From an uncultured virus (IMG/VR IMGVR_UViG_3300008625_000009) (taxonomy: Duplodnaviria; Heunggongvirae; Uroviricota; Caudoviricetes), in IMG/VR virus record IMGVR_UViG_3300008625_000009: 64,000 nt of DNA, one strand, 5' to 3'. The translations under genes and the position numbers were made by a program. The first letter of the stretch is position 1; every line of letters starts with the position of its first letter. Below the pieces are notes generated by a model that saw only the letters and a list, made by a program, of their open reading frames with translations, searched no databases and was not told the DNA's origin. Shown here one piece after another: positions 31,580 to 39,682 of this stretch.

Positions 31580-32266
31580 ATGCAAATAAAAATATCAACT
31601 TACTTCGGTAAACAAGAAACTCGTGATGTAATAATAAACAATATATTCCTTGATAATGTCGAGCTATGGGAGGAGAGTCAGGCGTTACAAGACGGATTTT
31701 CTCTTTATATTGAAAATGGAAAAGAGCATTGGTTCATGTCACGTAATACTCGAATCTGTCTAGAAAAAACCAATTATAATTCGATAGATTTAGAATGGAA
31801 AATTGTCGATAAAAAACCGAAAGTAATTAAAAAAATTCTAAACGCATATCTGCAAAGAAATAATTATAAAGATTTATATTCTATAGACGAGGACTGTGAT
31901 CGATTCAAATATATTCTTTATAAAGATAACGGAAAAATAGTTGCTATTACAAAGTTACTCAATTACAGTAATGATGTAGAAACACATTTCTTTATTTGGA
32001 ATTACCATAATCCTGATTTACATTTAGGTACTATTAGTTTAGAGCATGAAATATGGTGGGCAAAACATAACGGATACAAGTATCTATACACTGGCCCGGG
32101 ATATGAACAGAGCAGTATTTACAAATCCCAATTTCCTGGATTCGAATGGTGGACTGGTATGGAATGGAGCGACGATGTTGAAATGTATATTAAGTTATGT
32201 AAACGCGACAGTAAAATAAGAAGTTTTAAGGCGTTAACTTCTTTAGATCCTCAGGAACTTCCTTAA
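31580..32266 (+). CDS. Aminoacyl-tRNA-protein transferase-like protein (ATE1/Bpt family)
   Basis: SRNTRI N-region and C-terminal LGTISLEHEIWWAK..GYKYLYTG..Y....YK..F pattern of the ATE/Bpt C-domain; ATG 31580 preferred because ATG 31559 lies inside hairpins. Confidence 0.6.
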   Translation: MQIKISTYFGKQETRDVIINNIFLDNVELWEESQALQDGFSLYIENGKEHWFMSRNTRICLEKTNYNSIDLEWKIVDKKPKVIKKILNAYLQRNNYKDLYSIDEDCDRFKYILYKDNGKIVAITKLLNYSNDVETHFFIWNYHNPDLHLGTISLEHEIWWAKHNGYKYLYTGPGYEQSSIYKSQFPGFEWWTGMEWSDDVEMYIKLCKRDSKIRSFKALTSLDPQELP

Positions 32267-32359
32267 AACGCCAAAGCGTAACCCACTCTAAGTAATCTGC
32301 GAATGCTTGTCAGAGAGCGCAATTTTATTACTCGGAATAAGTGTATAAAATGGGTTCAT
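32226..32359 (-). pseudogene. Internally deleted paralogue of the DUF1415-like gene
   Basis: ATG 32359 ORF MNPFYTLIPSNKIALSDKHS.. runs out of frame into DYLEWVTLWRFKEVPEDLKKLTP*, which matches the C-terminus EYLEWVTLWRFDEVPEEFKK of 32492..33061 (46/60 nt identical, most changes at third positions). Confidence 0.7.
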
Positions 32360-32376
32360 AGTTTTATATCTGCCTC

Positions 32377-32416
32377 ATAAATAGTTAAAACTATTTATAA
32401 TGATATAAATAGTTTT
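32377..32416. promoter_or_regulatory. Divergent late promoters within overlapping inverted repeats
   Basis: TATAAATA on minus (32392..32399) and plus (32404..32411); ATAAATAGTT/AACTATTTAT and AAAACTATTTATA/TATAAATAGTTTT dyads. Confidence 0.65.
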
Positions 32417-32491
32417 ATATAACCTTTTCGGACGGCAGGTTATTTCAAAAGAAAGTCCAAATTTCGTTTAACAAATGAAAGGAGGATTATT

Positions 32492-33061
32492 ATGAACGAA
32501 ACCGATTGGACCCCGGCAGAAGCCGTAGAAAAAATAGAAGAACTAAAACATTGGATTAGAACTTTTATTGTCAAAGAATTTCCCGAGTTAGATAACTTAC
32601 CAGTATGTCCATATGCACCCCCTGCATTGGAAAATGACACAGTACGAATAAAAGTAGTCAATGACAATCTTTTAGAAAAATTAAAAGAATATGTTGACAA
32701 CTGGACAGATCGTGATGACCGTGGTAATGTTGAAGTATTAGCGGTTATAACACCCACTGACAGGTATACGGTTGAAGAATATCAAGACATTTCAGAAAAA
32801 ATTAATGAATATGCAAATCCATTAAATTTAGCGATACTTGATGACCATCCGGGACATATAGAACAAATTGGTGATTTAATGTTTAATTTTGGCAAATCTG
32901 CATTAGTGTTAATGGCACGATTAGATGTATTAAATAACGCATCAGTGCAATTGGCAAAAAATACAAACTATTATAAAAATTGGCCTAAAGAATATTTAGA
33001 ATGGGTTACACTTTGGCGATTTGATGAAGTTCCAGAAGAATTTAAAAAATATGTCGAGTAA
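32492..33061 (+). CDS. DUF1415-like protein
   Basis: W..TFIV....L.NLPVCPYA and DHP motifs resemble DUF1415 (CPFA, FHP); strong GGAGG RBS. Confidence 0.5.
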   Translation: MNETDWTPAEAVEKIEELKHWIRTFIVKEFPELDNLPVCPYAPPALENDTVRIKVVNDNLLEKLKEYVDNWTDRDDRGNVEVLAVITPTDRYTVEEYQDISEKINEYANPLNLAILDDHPGHIEQIGDLMFNFGKSALVLMARLDVLNNASVQLAKNTNYYKNWPKEYLEWVTLWRFDEVPEEFKKYVE

Positions 33062-33093
33062 CCAAGCAAGAAATAATTCACAAGGAGAATAAA

Positions 33094-33207
33094 ATGAGCT
33101 CATTTTTAATCTGGCATATACTAGCCATTTGTACAGTGATAGCAATATCATTTGGAATAGGTTACAACGTAGGCAAAAAAACTAAAATGCATATAAAAGT
33201 CATTTAG
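33094..33207 (+). CDS. 37-aa single-TM membrane protein
   Basis: MSSFLIWHILAICTVIAISFGIGYNVGKKTKMHIKVI; AAGGAG RBS. Confidence 0.6.
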   Translation: MSSFLIWHILAICTVIAISFGIGYNVGKKTKMHIKVI

Positions 33208-33220
33208 TTTTTAATCCGAC

Positions 33221-33237
33221 ACCAGGCGACGCCTGGT
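33221..33237. terminator. GC-rich hairpin between convergent genes (possible bidirectional terminator)
   Basis: ACCAGGC-GAC-GCCTGGT; lacks a long U tract. Confidence 0.4.
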
Positions 33238-33261
33238 ATATTAATACTTACGTTAAATTAT

Positions 33262-33378
33262 TTAAATGCAGGGCCATTTACCAGCTTTCTTGCCTGCTTT
33301 GTAGCCGATGAATAGACTGAATATTGCCCCAAGTAATCCTAAGCCTTCATTCTGCTTTTTTTCGTTCTCTTGTTCCAT
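33262..33378 (-). CDS. 38-aa single-TM membrane protein
   Basis: MEQENEKKQNEGLGLLGAIFSLFIGYKAGKKAGKWPCI; its ATG overlaps the upstream stop (TAATG coupling). Confidence 0.55.
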   Translation of the reverse strand: MEQENEKKQNEGLGLLGAIFSLFIGYKAGKKAGKWPCI

Positions 33379-33608
33379 TAGAAATATGGTAAACCTGATT
33401 GTTTTGTTGTTTTCATATGTTCTTCAATAATGTCAGAAAGTACTTTTCTTTCCTTTGCGGAAGTGTTGAACATCTCATTGATAGTAAATCCACCTCGCAT
33501 ATGCCATGCAAAACTGTATATTTCTTTTTTTATGGCTTCTACCTGATTTTCGTAATTAGTAATTAACTCTAATATTTCTTCGTATTTTAATGATAGAAGC
33601 CTTAGGCG
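33378..33608 (-). CDS. gp51-like baseplate/tail assembly chaperone segment, probably translated as a -1 frameshift extension of gp26
   Basis: 76 open codons RLRLLSLKYEE..AWHMRGG..ER..II..H..SGLPYF; no ATG/GTG/TTG until codon 37; begins at the T TTT TTC heptamer. Confidence 0.65.
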   Translation of the reverse strand, partial: RLRLLSLKYEEILELITNYENQVEAIKKEIYSFAWHMRGGFTINEMFNTSAKERKVLSDIIEEHMKTTKQSGLPYF

Positions 33609-34441
33609 AAAAAATTTGCGTAATCAAAAATTATAGGACTAGTAAACTCATGGGAACATTCAGGGCATTTTACATCAATAGGGTCTAATACTGTTTTGTC
33701 TTTAATTTCTTGAATAGCGCCTGTAATTTTTTTGAATAATCTTACACTAGAATTATTAACAAAATTAATAATTTCTTCTTGATCATCAACCATAGTGCCA
33801 TCTGGAAGTTCAATTGCTTTAACACCTGAAGAAATAGCGTTGATGTTTATATCGGTCATTGTATTTAGTATTTCATTATACATTTCTTGCTTTTCTTCTT
33901 CTGTTTTTTCCTCCATTGAACCCACTGCCTCAATTGCACGTTGTTCTTCGAATGTGCGTCTTTGAATTAACGACAAATCCAAATAATTTAATGGTTTAAT
34001 ATGTATTTTAACTTGGCCATAAGGAATTAAGATTTGTTCAGGTTCAAAGGATATATCACCTAGTTTATTAATATAATATTCTAAACCTATTTGATAATCA
34101 AATTTTTCTTCACATTTAGGACATGAAAAATTCAATTCCATGTCATTACCATAAGACGCAATTCGAATTGCTACTAAAATGAAATCAATATCAGTAGCAG
34201 GTACTTGCCATGGATCTTTAATAGCAGGAACACAACTTTTTATAACTTGTGCAATTGCTTCACCTGATATCAAAGCATCAGGCGTTTTAAGTACAATGTC
34301 ATCCTTGGCTGTCATAGCAAAAACAGGAATCTCGCCGGATTCGGAAATTTCTATAGATCCTGCAGGATAAAATTTACCTTCGTTAGGTAATGAGATATAA
34401 ATCTCAGGTTGGCGATAATATTGTTCTAATAAACTACTCAT
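33602..34441 (-). CDS. gp26: Baseplate hub assembly chaperone
   Basis: YYRQPEIYISLP..G.FYP, MTAKDDI.LKTPDAL, D.DFILVAIRIASYG, CPKC and CPEC zinc motifs, ends NFFA. Confidence 0.7.
   Translation of the reverse strand: MSSLLEQYYRQPEIYISLPNEGKFYPAGSIEISESGEIPVFAMTAKDDIVLKTPDALISGEAIAQVIKSCVPAIKDPWQVPATDIDFILVAIRIASYGNDMELNFSCPKCEEKFDYQIGLEYYINKLGDISFEPEQILIPYGQVKIHIKPLNYLDLSLIQRRTFEEQRAIEAVGSMEEKTEEEKQEMYNEILNTMTDININAISSGVKAIELPDGTMVDDQEEIINFVNNSSVRLFKKITGAIQEIKDKTVLDPIDVKCPECSHEFTSPIIFDYANFFA
33608..33614 (-). other. Slippery heptamer T TTT TTC (candidate -1 programmed ribosomal frameshift)
   Basis: In-frame X XXY YYZ one sense codon before the gp26 stop; the -1 frame stays open for 76 codons. 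Confidence 0.65.
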
Positions 34442-34463
34442 TTGAAATCCTCAAAATTTGATG

Positions 34464-34512
34464 TATAAATAATATAGCGATATTTACCTTATTTTATAAT
34501 ATACGCATATTA
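34464..34512. promoter_or_regulatory. Convergently oriented, overlapping late promoters for the divergent gp26 and tape-measure genes (plus TATAAATA 34464..34471; minus TAAATA 34481..34486), with 16-bp motif at 34497..34512
   Basis: Direct sequence match; motif TAATATACGCATATTA is 10 bp upstream of the minus-strand TAAATA. Confidence 0.65.
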
Positions 34513-34514
34513 TT

Positions 34515-36827
34515 ATGGCAGACGACGACGCAATTTTACGAGAAACCAAACGATCTATAGATGCGCTATTTAGAAGTGTCTCTGACTCTGCGGATCGTGC
34601 GTCTACAGAGTTAAATTACATTTCGCGAGTTGCGAGGGTTTCTGGAAAACAAATATCCTATGCTGGTGATAGTGCAGAGGCATTTGGAGAAGCATTAAAC
34701 GGATTGACCAAATCTCTCGGCGGTGCCGCTGTAGAAATAACCAAGGCCGGCATGACCTTTTCCGCAAGCGCCGGAGCAATGGTCATTGCGATGGGCAATA
34801 TAGATAAAATTGTTAAAGATGGAAAACTAACTAAGCCAGATTCAGATGGAGATGACAAAGATAAGGATGACGATCAAGGTGGTATTATGTCTGCGATCGC
34901 GGGAGTCTTTAAGTCGATTCTTGCCAAGGTTCCTTTTATGGCCGCCGGCGCTGGGTTGGGCGGTACCGCGGGAGCTAGATTCGGCAGCGCCGGTGCGATG
35001 GTAGGTTCTGTTGTGGGCGGCGCCGGCGGCGCGGCGCTCGGAATTGCTGAAGAAGTGTACGGCGGATATTTAGATGGACTAAACGAGATAACCACAGCAG
35101 GTATACCTTTTGGTAGAAGTCTAGAAACGTATGCGAAGGCCATCACAACAACAACTTTGACACAAACAGAATTTAATGCTTTAATGAAAAGAAATTCTGA
35201 AACATTGTCTATGTTTGGAGGAACAGCACAACTAGGTGCTGAAAGATTAGTTACTTTAGGTGGCGTACTTTCAGACGTTGGCCGACGTCATACAACATCC
35301 GGAATGTCGTTTAGACGCACAATAGAATTGATGGGTATGGATGTAGAAGATGCATTAGAGTTATCGGCAACCATGCTGAATAATGCTTCTCTGGCTGATA
35401 GCACTCGTTCGTTATCTGCTCAAGAGCAAGCAGATATGACCGGTGATTATATATACCAATTATCACAGTTAGAAGTACTCACTGGTAAGAGTAAAGATCG
35501 GCTAGCGAAAGAACAACAAAAATTGGCATCTGACGCGCAATTCCAGGCGGCTATTATGAACATGGGCCCAGAACAACAGGCTGCAATGACAGACGGGCTC
35601 AAGAAGGCAATGGAAACAGGCGGCCCGGCGGCCGCTGAGATCTTTAAAGCCAGAGTTGCAGGTGTTGTTCCGAAAGGTAAAGAGGCTAGAATGATGATGG
35701 CTACTCCGATGGGACAAATGTATAACGATCTAGCCTCAGATATGTTATCTGCTGGTGATGGCGCCGGCGAGATTTTTAACGCAAGTCTAGGCAAATTAGA
35801 AGACGCCATAGAAAAAACAAGAGATACTTTTGCTCCTTTAGCCGCGGCTGGCCAACCGATCGGGTTAGCATTGTTCGAAGCTGCACAGGCAACCACTACA
35901 AAATTTAATGCAATTCAAGACGCATATGCCAAACATGCCGGGATAGTTGATACAGAATCAGTAAACTTTTCGACAGCATTTGAACATTTTTATGATCAAG
36001 CAATGGGTATTGACGCAGAAATTGTCGACGGGAAACTCGTAGGAACGATTGGTGATGCAGCTACCCAACTAACAACTGATATCAGAGTTCTGAAAGACGA
36101 GATAGCAGTTGGCGCCAGGGAATTGTTTTTGGATACTATCTTTAACGCTGATGATGGACTGATCAATTGGGTCCAGGGACAATTAAAAACCTATAAAGAA
36201 AAAACGGGGTTTGATGAAGAACTTTCAGCTGAGATAATAAAACTACAAGACGAAGGACTTGTATCTTACAGAACTATTCCAAGAATGGCAGGTACATTAG
36301 GTGACAAAATTACAGGTTTTATGAAAACATCTATAGATCTAATTCAAGAACAGTATGACACAATGCATGAAATGTTTGGCGGGACTGGAGATCGCGTCGA
36401 CATAAGGAAGGATGTGCTGGGTGGTACTTCGGAAGCAAAACCTACAGCAGTAGTAAAACCAAATACTCCACCACCTGGTACACCAGTAGCAAAACCAAAA
36501 GTAGCAACATCAAGTGCAGATGCGCGCCATGCAGGACTTTCCACAAAGATATCAGCCTTGGCCGAGGCAGGCATAGCACAAACAGGTGAATCTGCTACTG
36601 GGGCAACTGAAGCATCTAAAAGCTTGTCAGATACCGCTAATGAAAACTTACAAGAAGTGAAAAAGCAAACTCAACAATTGGATAAACTCGTTGATCTTAC
36701 TGAAAAACAATTGCAAGCACAGAAAAATAATCAGGTTAATGTTAATATTGATAATGGAAACAAGAACGCAAGATCTCCGCACGGATTAGCAAATGAAGCA
36801 GGGCAAGATGGGACGACATACGGGTAG
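34515..36827 (+). CDS. Tape-measure-like protein
   Basis: 770 aa, helical, A/G/M-rich, glycine-zipper hydrophobic segment; next to the gp26 chaperone. Confidence 0.55.
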   Translation: MADDDAILRETKRSIDALFRSVSDSADRASTELNYISRVARVSGKQISYAGDSAEAFGEALNGLTKSLGGAAVEITKAGMTFSASAGAMVIAMGNIDKIVKDGKLTKPDSDGDDKDKDDDQGGIMSAIAGVFKSILAKVPFMAAGAGLGGTAGARFGSAGAMVGSVVGGAGGAALGIAEEVYGGYLDGLNEITTAGIPFGRSLETYAKAITTTTLTQTEFNALMKRNSETLSMFGGTAQLGAERLVTLGGVLSDVGRRHTTSGMSFRRTIELMGMDVEDALELSATMLNNASLADSTRSLSAQEQADMTGDYIYQLSQLEVLTGKSKDRLAKEQQKLASDAQFQAAIMNMGPEQQAAMTDGLKKAMETGGPAAAEIFKARVAGVVPKGKEARMMMATPMGQMYNDLASDMLSAGDGAGEIFNASLGKLEDAIEKTRDTFAPLAAAGQPIGLALFEAAQATTTKFNAIQDAYAKHAGIVDTESVNFSTAFEHFYDQAMGIDAEIVDGKLVGTIGDAATQLTTDIRVLKDEIAVGARELFLDTIFNADDGLINWVQGQLKTYKEKTGFDEELSAEIIKLQDEGLVSYRTIPRMAGTLGDKITGFMKTSIDLIQEQYDTMHEMFGGTGDRVDIRKDVLGGTSEAKPTAVVKPNTPPPGTPVAKPKVATSSADARHAGLSTKISALAEAGIAQTGESATGATEASKSLSDTANENLQEVKKQTQQLDKLVDLTEKQLQAQKNNQVNVNIDNGNKNARSPHGLANEAGQDGTTYG

Positions 36828-36903
36828 TGCAGTTCCCTAGTCACAATACAACAAATATATTATAAAATAGGGTAAATAGTAGTATAAAACAAAGATTATA
36901 ATT

Positions 36904-38574
36904 ATGACTTGGAAAAAATATTTCACACAACCAAACAATGTAGTTCCAATGAGAAATGGAACTCCTGACGTTGGCTTTAAAAATTATAGTTCAGTATTGC
37001 CTGAAGTTTACTCTGGGCATCCTAATCGTATTGAGCGTTATATTCAATACGATGCAATGGACCAAGACAGTGAAGTAAATTCAGCACTTGATATTTTAGC
37101 AGAATTCTGTACACAACAAAATACAGAATCAGGCATTGCATTCCAAGTTCATTACCATGATGACGCGACAGCAACAGAAATGGAAATTTTAAATACACAA
37201 TTAAAACACTGGTATAATCTACAAAGTTTTGATCGTAAAATTTTTAAACTTTTCCGCAACACACTAAAATACGGTGACCAACTTTTTATTCGTGATCCAG
37301 AAACACAAAAGTGGCACTTTGTTGATTGTGCCAAAGTTGAAAAGATTGTTGTTGATGAAAGTGCCGGTAAAGAAATTGAACAATATATTGTTCGTGATTT
37401 AGCAATTAATTTTGATACTCTACAAACAACAGAAAAGGAGACAGGTGGTACAACTATTCCTAATCTAATGAGTAGAACAGGATCACAAACACAAGAGAAT
37501 ATGGCAAATGCTTCCAAATACACATATGGTAAAAAAGCCGTTGCTATTGATGCTAATTATATTGTTCATATTAGTTTAACAGAAGAGATGGATGGCACCT
37601 GGCCATTTGGTAATAGTATTTTAGAGAATATCTTTAAAACATATAAACAAAAAGAATTATTAGAAGATGCTATTATTATCTACCGCGTACAACGTGCTCC
37701 GGAACGCCGTGTATTTTACATTGACGTAGGTAATATGCCATCACACATGGCTATGGGTTTTGTTGAGCGTGTTAAGAATGAAATTCACCAACGTAGAATT
37801 CCAACTACAACAGGTGGTGGATCCAAAATGATGGATTCAACATATAATCCACTATCTATTATGGAAGATTATTTCTTTCCACAAACGGGCGAAGGAAGAG
37901 GCAGTAAAGTCGAAACATTACCAGGAGGTGAAAATCTAGGACAAATTGACGATTTAAGATATTTTACAAATAAATTATATCGTGCATTGCGTATTCCGGC
38001 AAGTTATTTGCCAACCGGACCTGATGAAGGTGTCGCCGCTTATAATGATGGTAGAGTAGGCACAGCATTAATTCAAGAATTTAGATTCAACGAATACTGC
38101 AAACGTTTACAAACAATTATTTCTGGTACAGTTGATACAGAATTTAAACTATTTTTAAAGACACGTGGTGTTAATATTGACAATAGTATTTTTGAAATTA
38201 AGTTTAATGAGCCGCAGAACTTTGCATCATATAGACAAGCAGAGTTGGATAACACAAAGATTTCTGCATTTACGCAGTTAGAACAATTGCCATATATGAG
38301 TAAACGCTTCTTGCTAACACGTTACTTAGGTCTAACAGAGCAAGAACTAATTGAAAACACAGAAAAGTGGGAAGAGGAAACAGGCAACAATCAAGCATCC
38401 CAAGTATATGGTTCAGATATGCGTAATGTTGGTATTACACCAGGTGGATTAGACTCTGATATGTCTATGGCAGAGGAACCTGAACTTCCGGAAGGTGATG
38501 AAGCGCCTATAGAGGGTGAAGCACCTATAGAAGGTGGCGAAGCACCTGAGTTAGAACCAGCACCAACAACATAA
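36904..38574 (+). CDS. gp20: Portal protein
   Basis: LLEDAIIIYRVQRAPERRVFYIDVGNMP, EDYFFP..GRGSKVETLPGG.NLG.IDD. Confidence 0.95.
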   Translation: MTWKKYFTQPNNVVPMRNGTPDVGFKNYSSVLPEVYSGHPNRIERYIQYDAMDQDSEVNSALDILAEFCTQQNTESGIAFQVHYHDDATATEMEILNTQLKHWYNLQSFDRKIFKLFRNTLKYGDQLFIRDPETQKWHFVDCAKVEKIVVDESAGKEIEQYIVRDLAINFDTLQTTEKETGGTTIPNLMSRTGSQTQENMANASKYTYGKKAVAIDANYIVHISLTEEMDGTWPFGNSILENIFKTYKQKELLEDAIIIYRVQRAPERRVFYIDVGNMPSHMAMGFVERVKNEIHQRRIPTTTGGGSKMMDSTYNPLSIMEDYFFPQTGEGRGSKVETLPGGENLGQIDDLRYFTNKLYRALRIPASYLPTGPDEGVAAYNDGRVGTALIQEFRFNEYCKRLQTIISGTVDTEFKLFLKTRGVNIDNSIFEIKFNEPQNFASYRQAELDNTKISAFTQLEQLPYMSKRFLLTRYLGLTEQELIENTEKWEEETGNNQASQVYGSDMRNVGITPGGLDSDMSMAEEPELPEGDEAPIEGEAPIEGGEAPELEPAPTT

Positions 38575-38582
38575 ATAGTATT

Positions 38583-38822
38583 ATGATTTTACTAGAACTT
38601 TTTGGACAATTGGAAGAAAAAGAGGATAACGGTCGCTATGATTCGGACTCTGATCAGACTATTGTTAAAAAAGAGAATACTCGTAAAACAAGACTAACAC
38701 TAGAACAAATTAATAAGCTTAGAAAGGTTTCAGAACTAAGAACTGCAGAAAAAATTAAAGACGCAGAGAAATATAAGTTACAATACGGCGCGGCGCCAGC
38801 TGGCGCAGACGTCCCAATGTAA
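38583..38822 (+). CDS. Small head-operon protein
   Basis: 79 aa between portal and prohead core genes; TRKTRLTLEQINKLRK. Confidence 0.55.
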   Translation: MILLELFGQLEEKEDNGRYDSDSDQTIVKKENTRKTRLTLEQINKLRKVSELRTAEKIKDAEKYKLQYGAAPAGADVPM

Positions 38823-38941
38823 TTTTGCCCTTTTCTGCCGTTTTCATACCATTTTGGTACTATTTGAGTGCCTTTATATCCCCTTTAACTTAAATATATT
38901 TGATATTTTGTAACTTTTTATATAAAAGGAGTGATTTCGCT

Positions 38942-39670
38942 ATGAGTGATAAATTTAATCAGTTGCTTGACTATATTATCAATGAAGAGCAAGATAAAGC
39001 TCGTGAACTTTTCCATGAAATTGTTGTTGAAAAGTCACGTGACATTTATGAAGGCTTGATTGACGAACAAGATCTTGATGCAATCGAAGAAGAGATTGAA
39101 GAAGTTGAAGAAGCAATCTCAGATGAAGAGGTTGAAGATTTTGTTAATGATATTGAAGGCGACGAAGAAGGTATGTCCCTAGAGGATGCAAGTGAAGAAC
39201 TTGAAGATGCTATGGATGCCGAAGAAGAAGAAGGTGACGACGAAGGCGAAGAAGCCGACGAAGAAGCCGATGAAAGAATTAGTGATCTAGAAGCTGCATT
39301 TGACGAACTTCAAGCAGAATTCGACAAGTTAATGGCTGAAGTTGGCGACGACGAAGGCGAAGAAGCCGACGAAGAAGGCGACTACATGGAGCCAGAAATG
39401 GAAGAATCCGTTGAAGAGTCAGCTGAAGAAGCAGAAGAAGATCTAGAAGAGTCAGAAGAAGATGTAGTTGCCGAAGGCGCTGAACTAAAGGCAGTTCCTG
39501 CACCTAAGGGTGGCGCTGGCGAAGGTTCATCACCTGTTGCCAAAGGTGGTAAGCCACAAGGTGACGCAAACGAACCAGGTGCAATGTCATCAGGAGAAGG
39601 TTCAAGTTCAGCAGACCCATCATCATCAGATATGGGCATGTCAACTGAACCAGACATGAAGAAAGTATAA
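38942..39670 (+). CDS. Highly acidic prohead core protein
   Basis: E/D-rich; AAGGAG RBS supports ATG 38942; located before the protease; internal 31-bp duplication (39236..39266 / 39347..39377). Confidence 0.6.
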   Translation: MSDKFNQLLDYIINEEQDKARELFHEIVVEKSRDIYEGLIDEQDLDAIEEEIEEVEEAISDEEVEDFVNDIEGDEEGMSLEDASEELEDAMDAEEEEGDDEGEEADEEADERISDLEAAFDELQAEFDKLMAEVGDDEGEEADEEGDYMEPEMEESVEESAEEAEEDLEESEEDVVAEGAELKAVPAPKGGAGEGSSPVAKGGKPQGDANEPGAMSSGEGSSSADPSSSDMGMSTEPDMKKV

Positions 39671-39682
39671 CGGATAAAAAAC

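Noticed and set aside
32298..32325. Selenoprotein CxxU (TGC GCT CTC TGA) in frame with the remnant
   Set aside because: Two TAA stops lie just upstream and there is no in-frame start; better explained as a deletion junction.
32238..33049. Diversity-generating retroelement TR/VR pair
   Set aside because: The copies are inverted, 5 of 14 differences are not at adenines of the intact copy, most are third-position changes, and no reverse transcriptase is in the window.
38900..38941. TTG start at 38900 for the acidic core protein
   Set aside because: The AAGGAG RBS lies inside this extension and supports ATG 38942.
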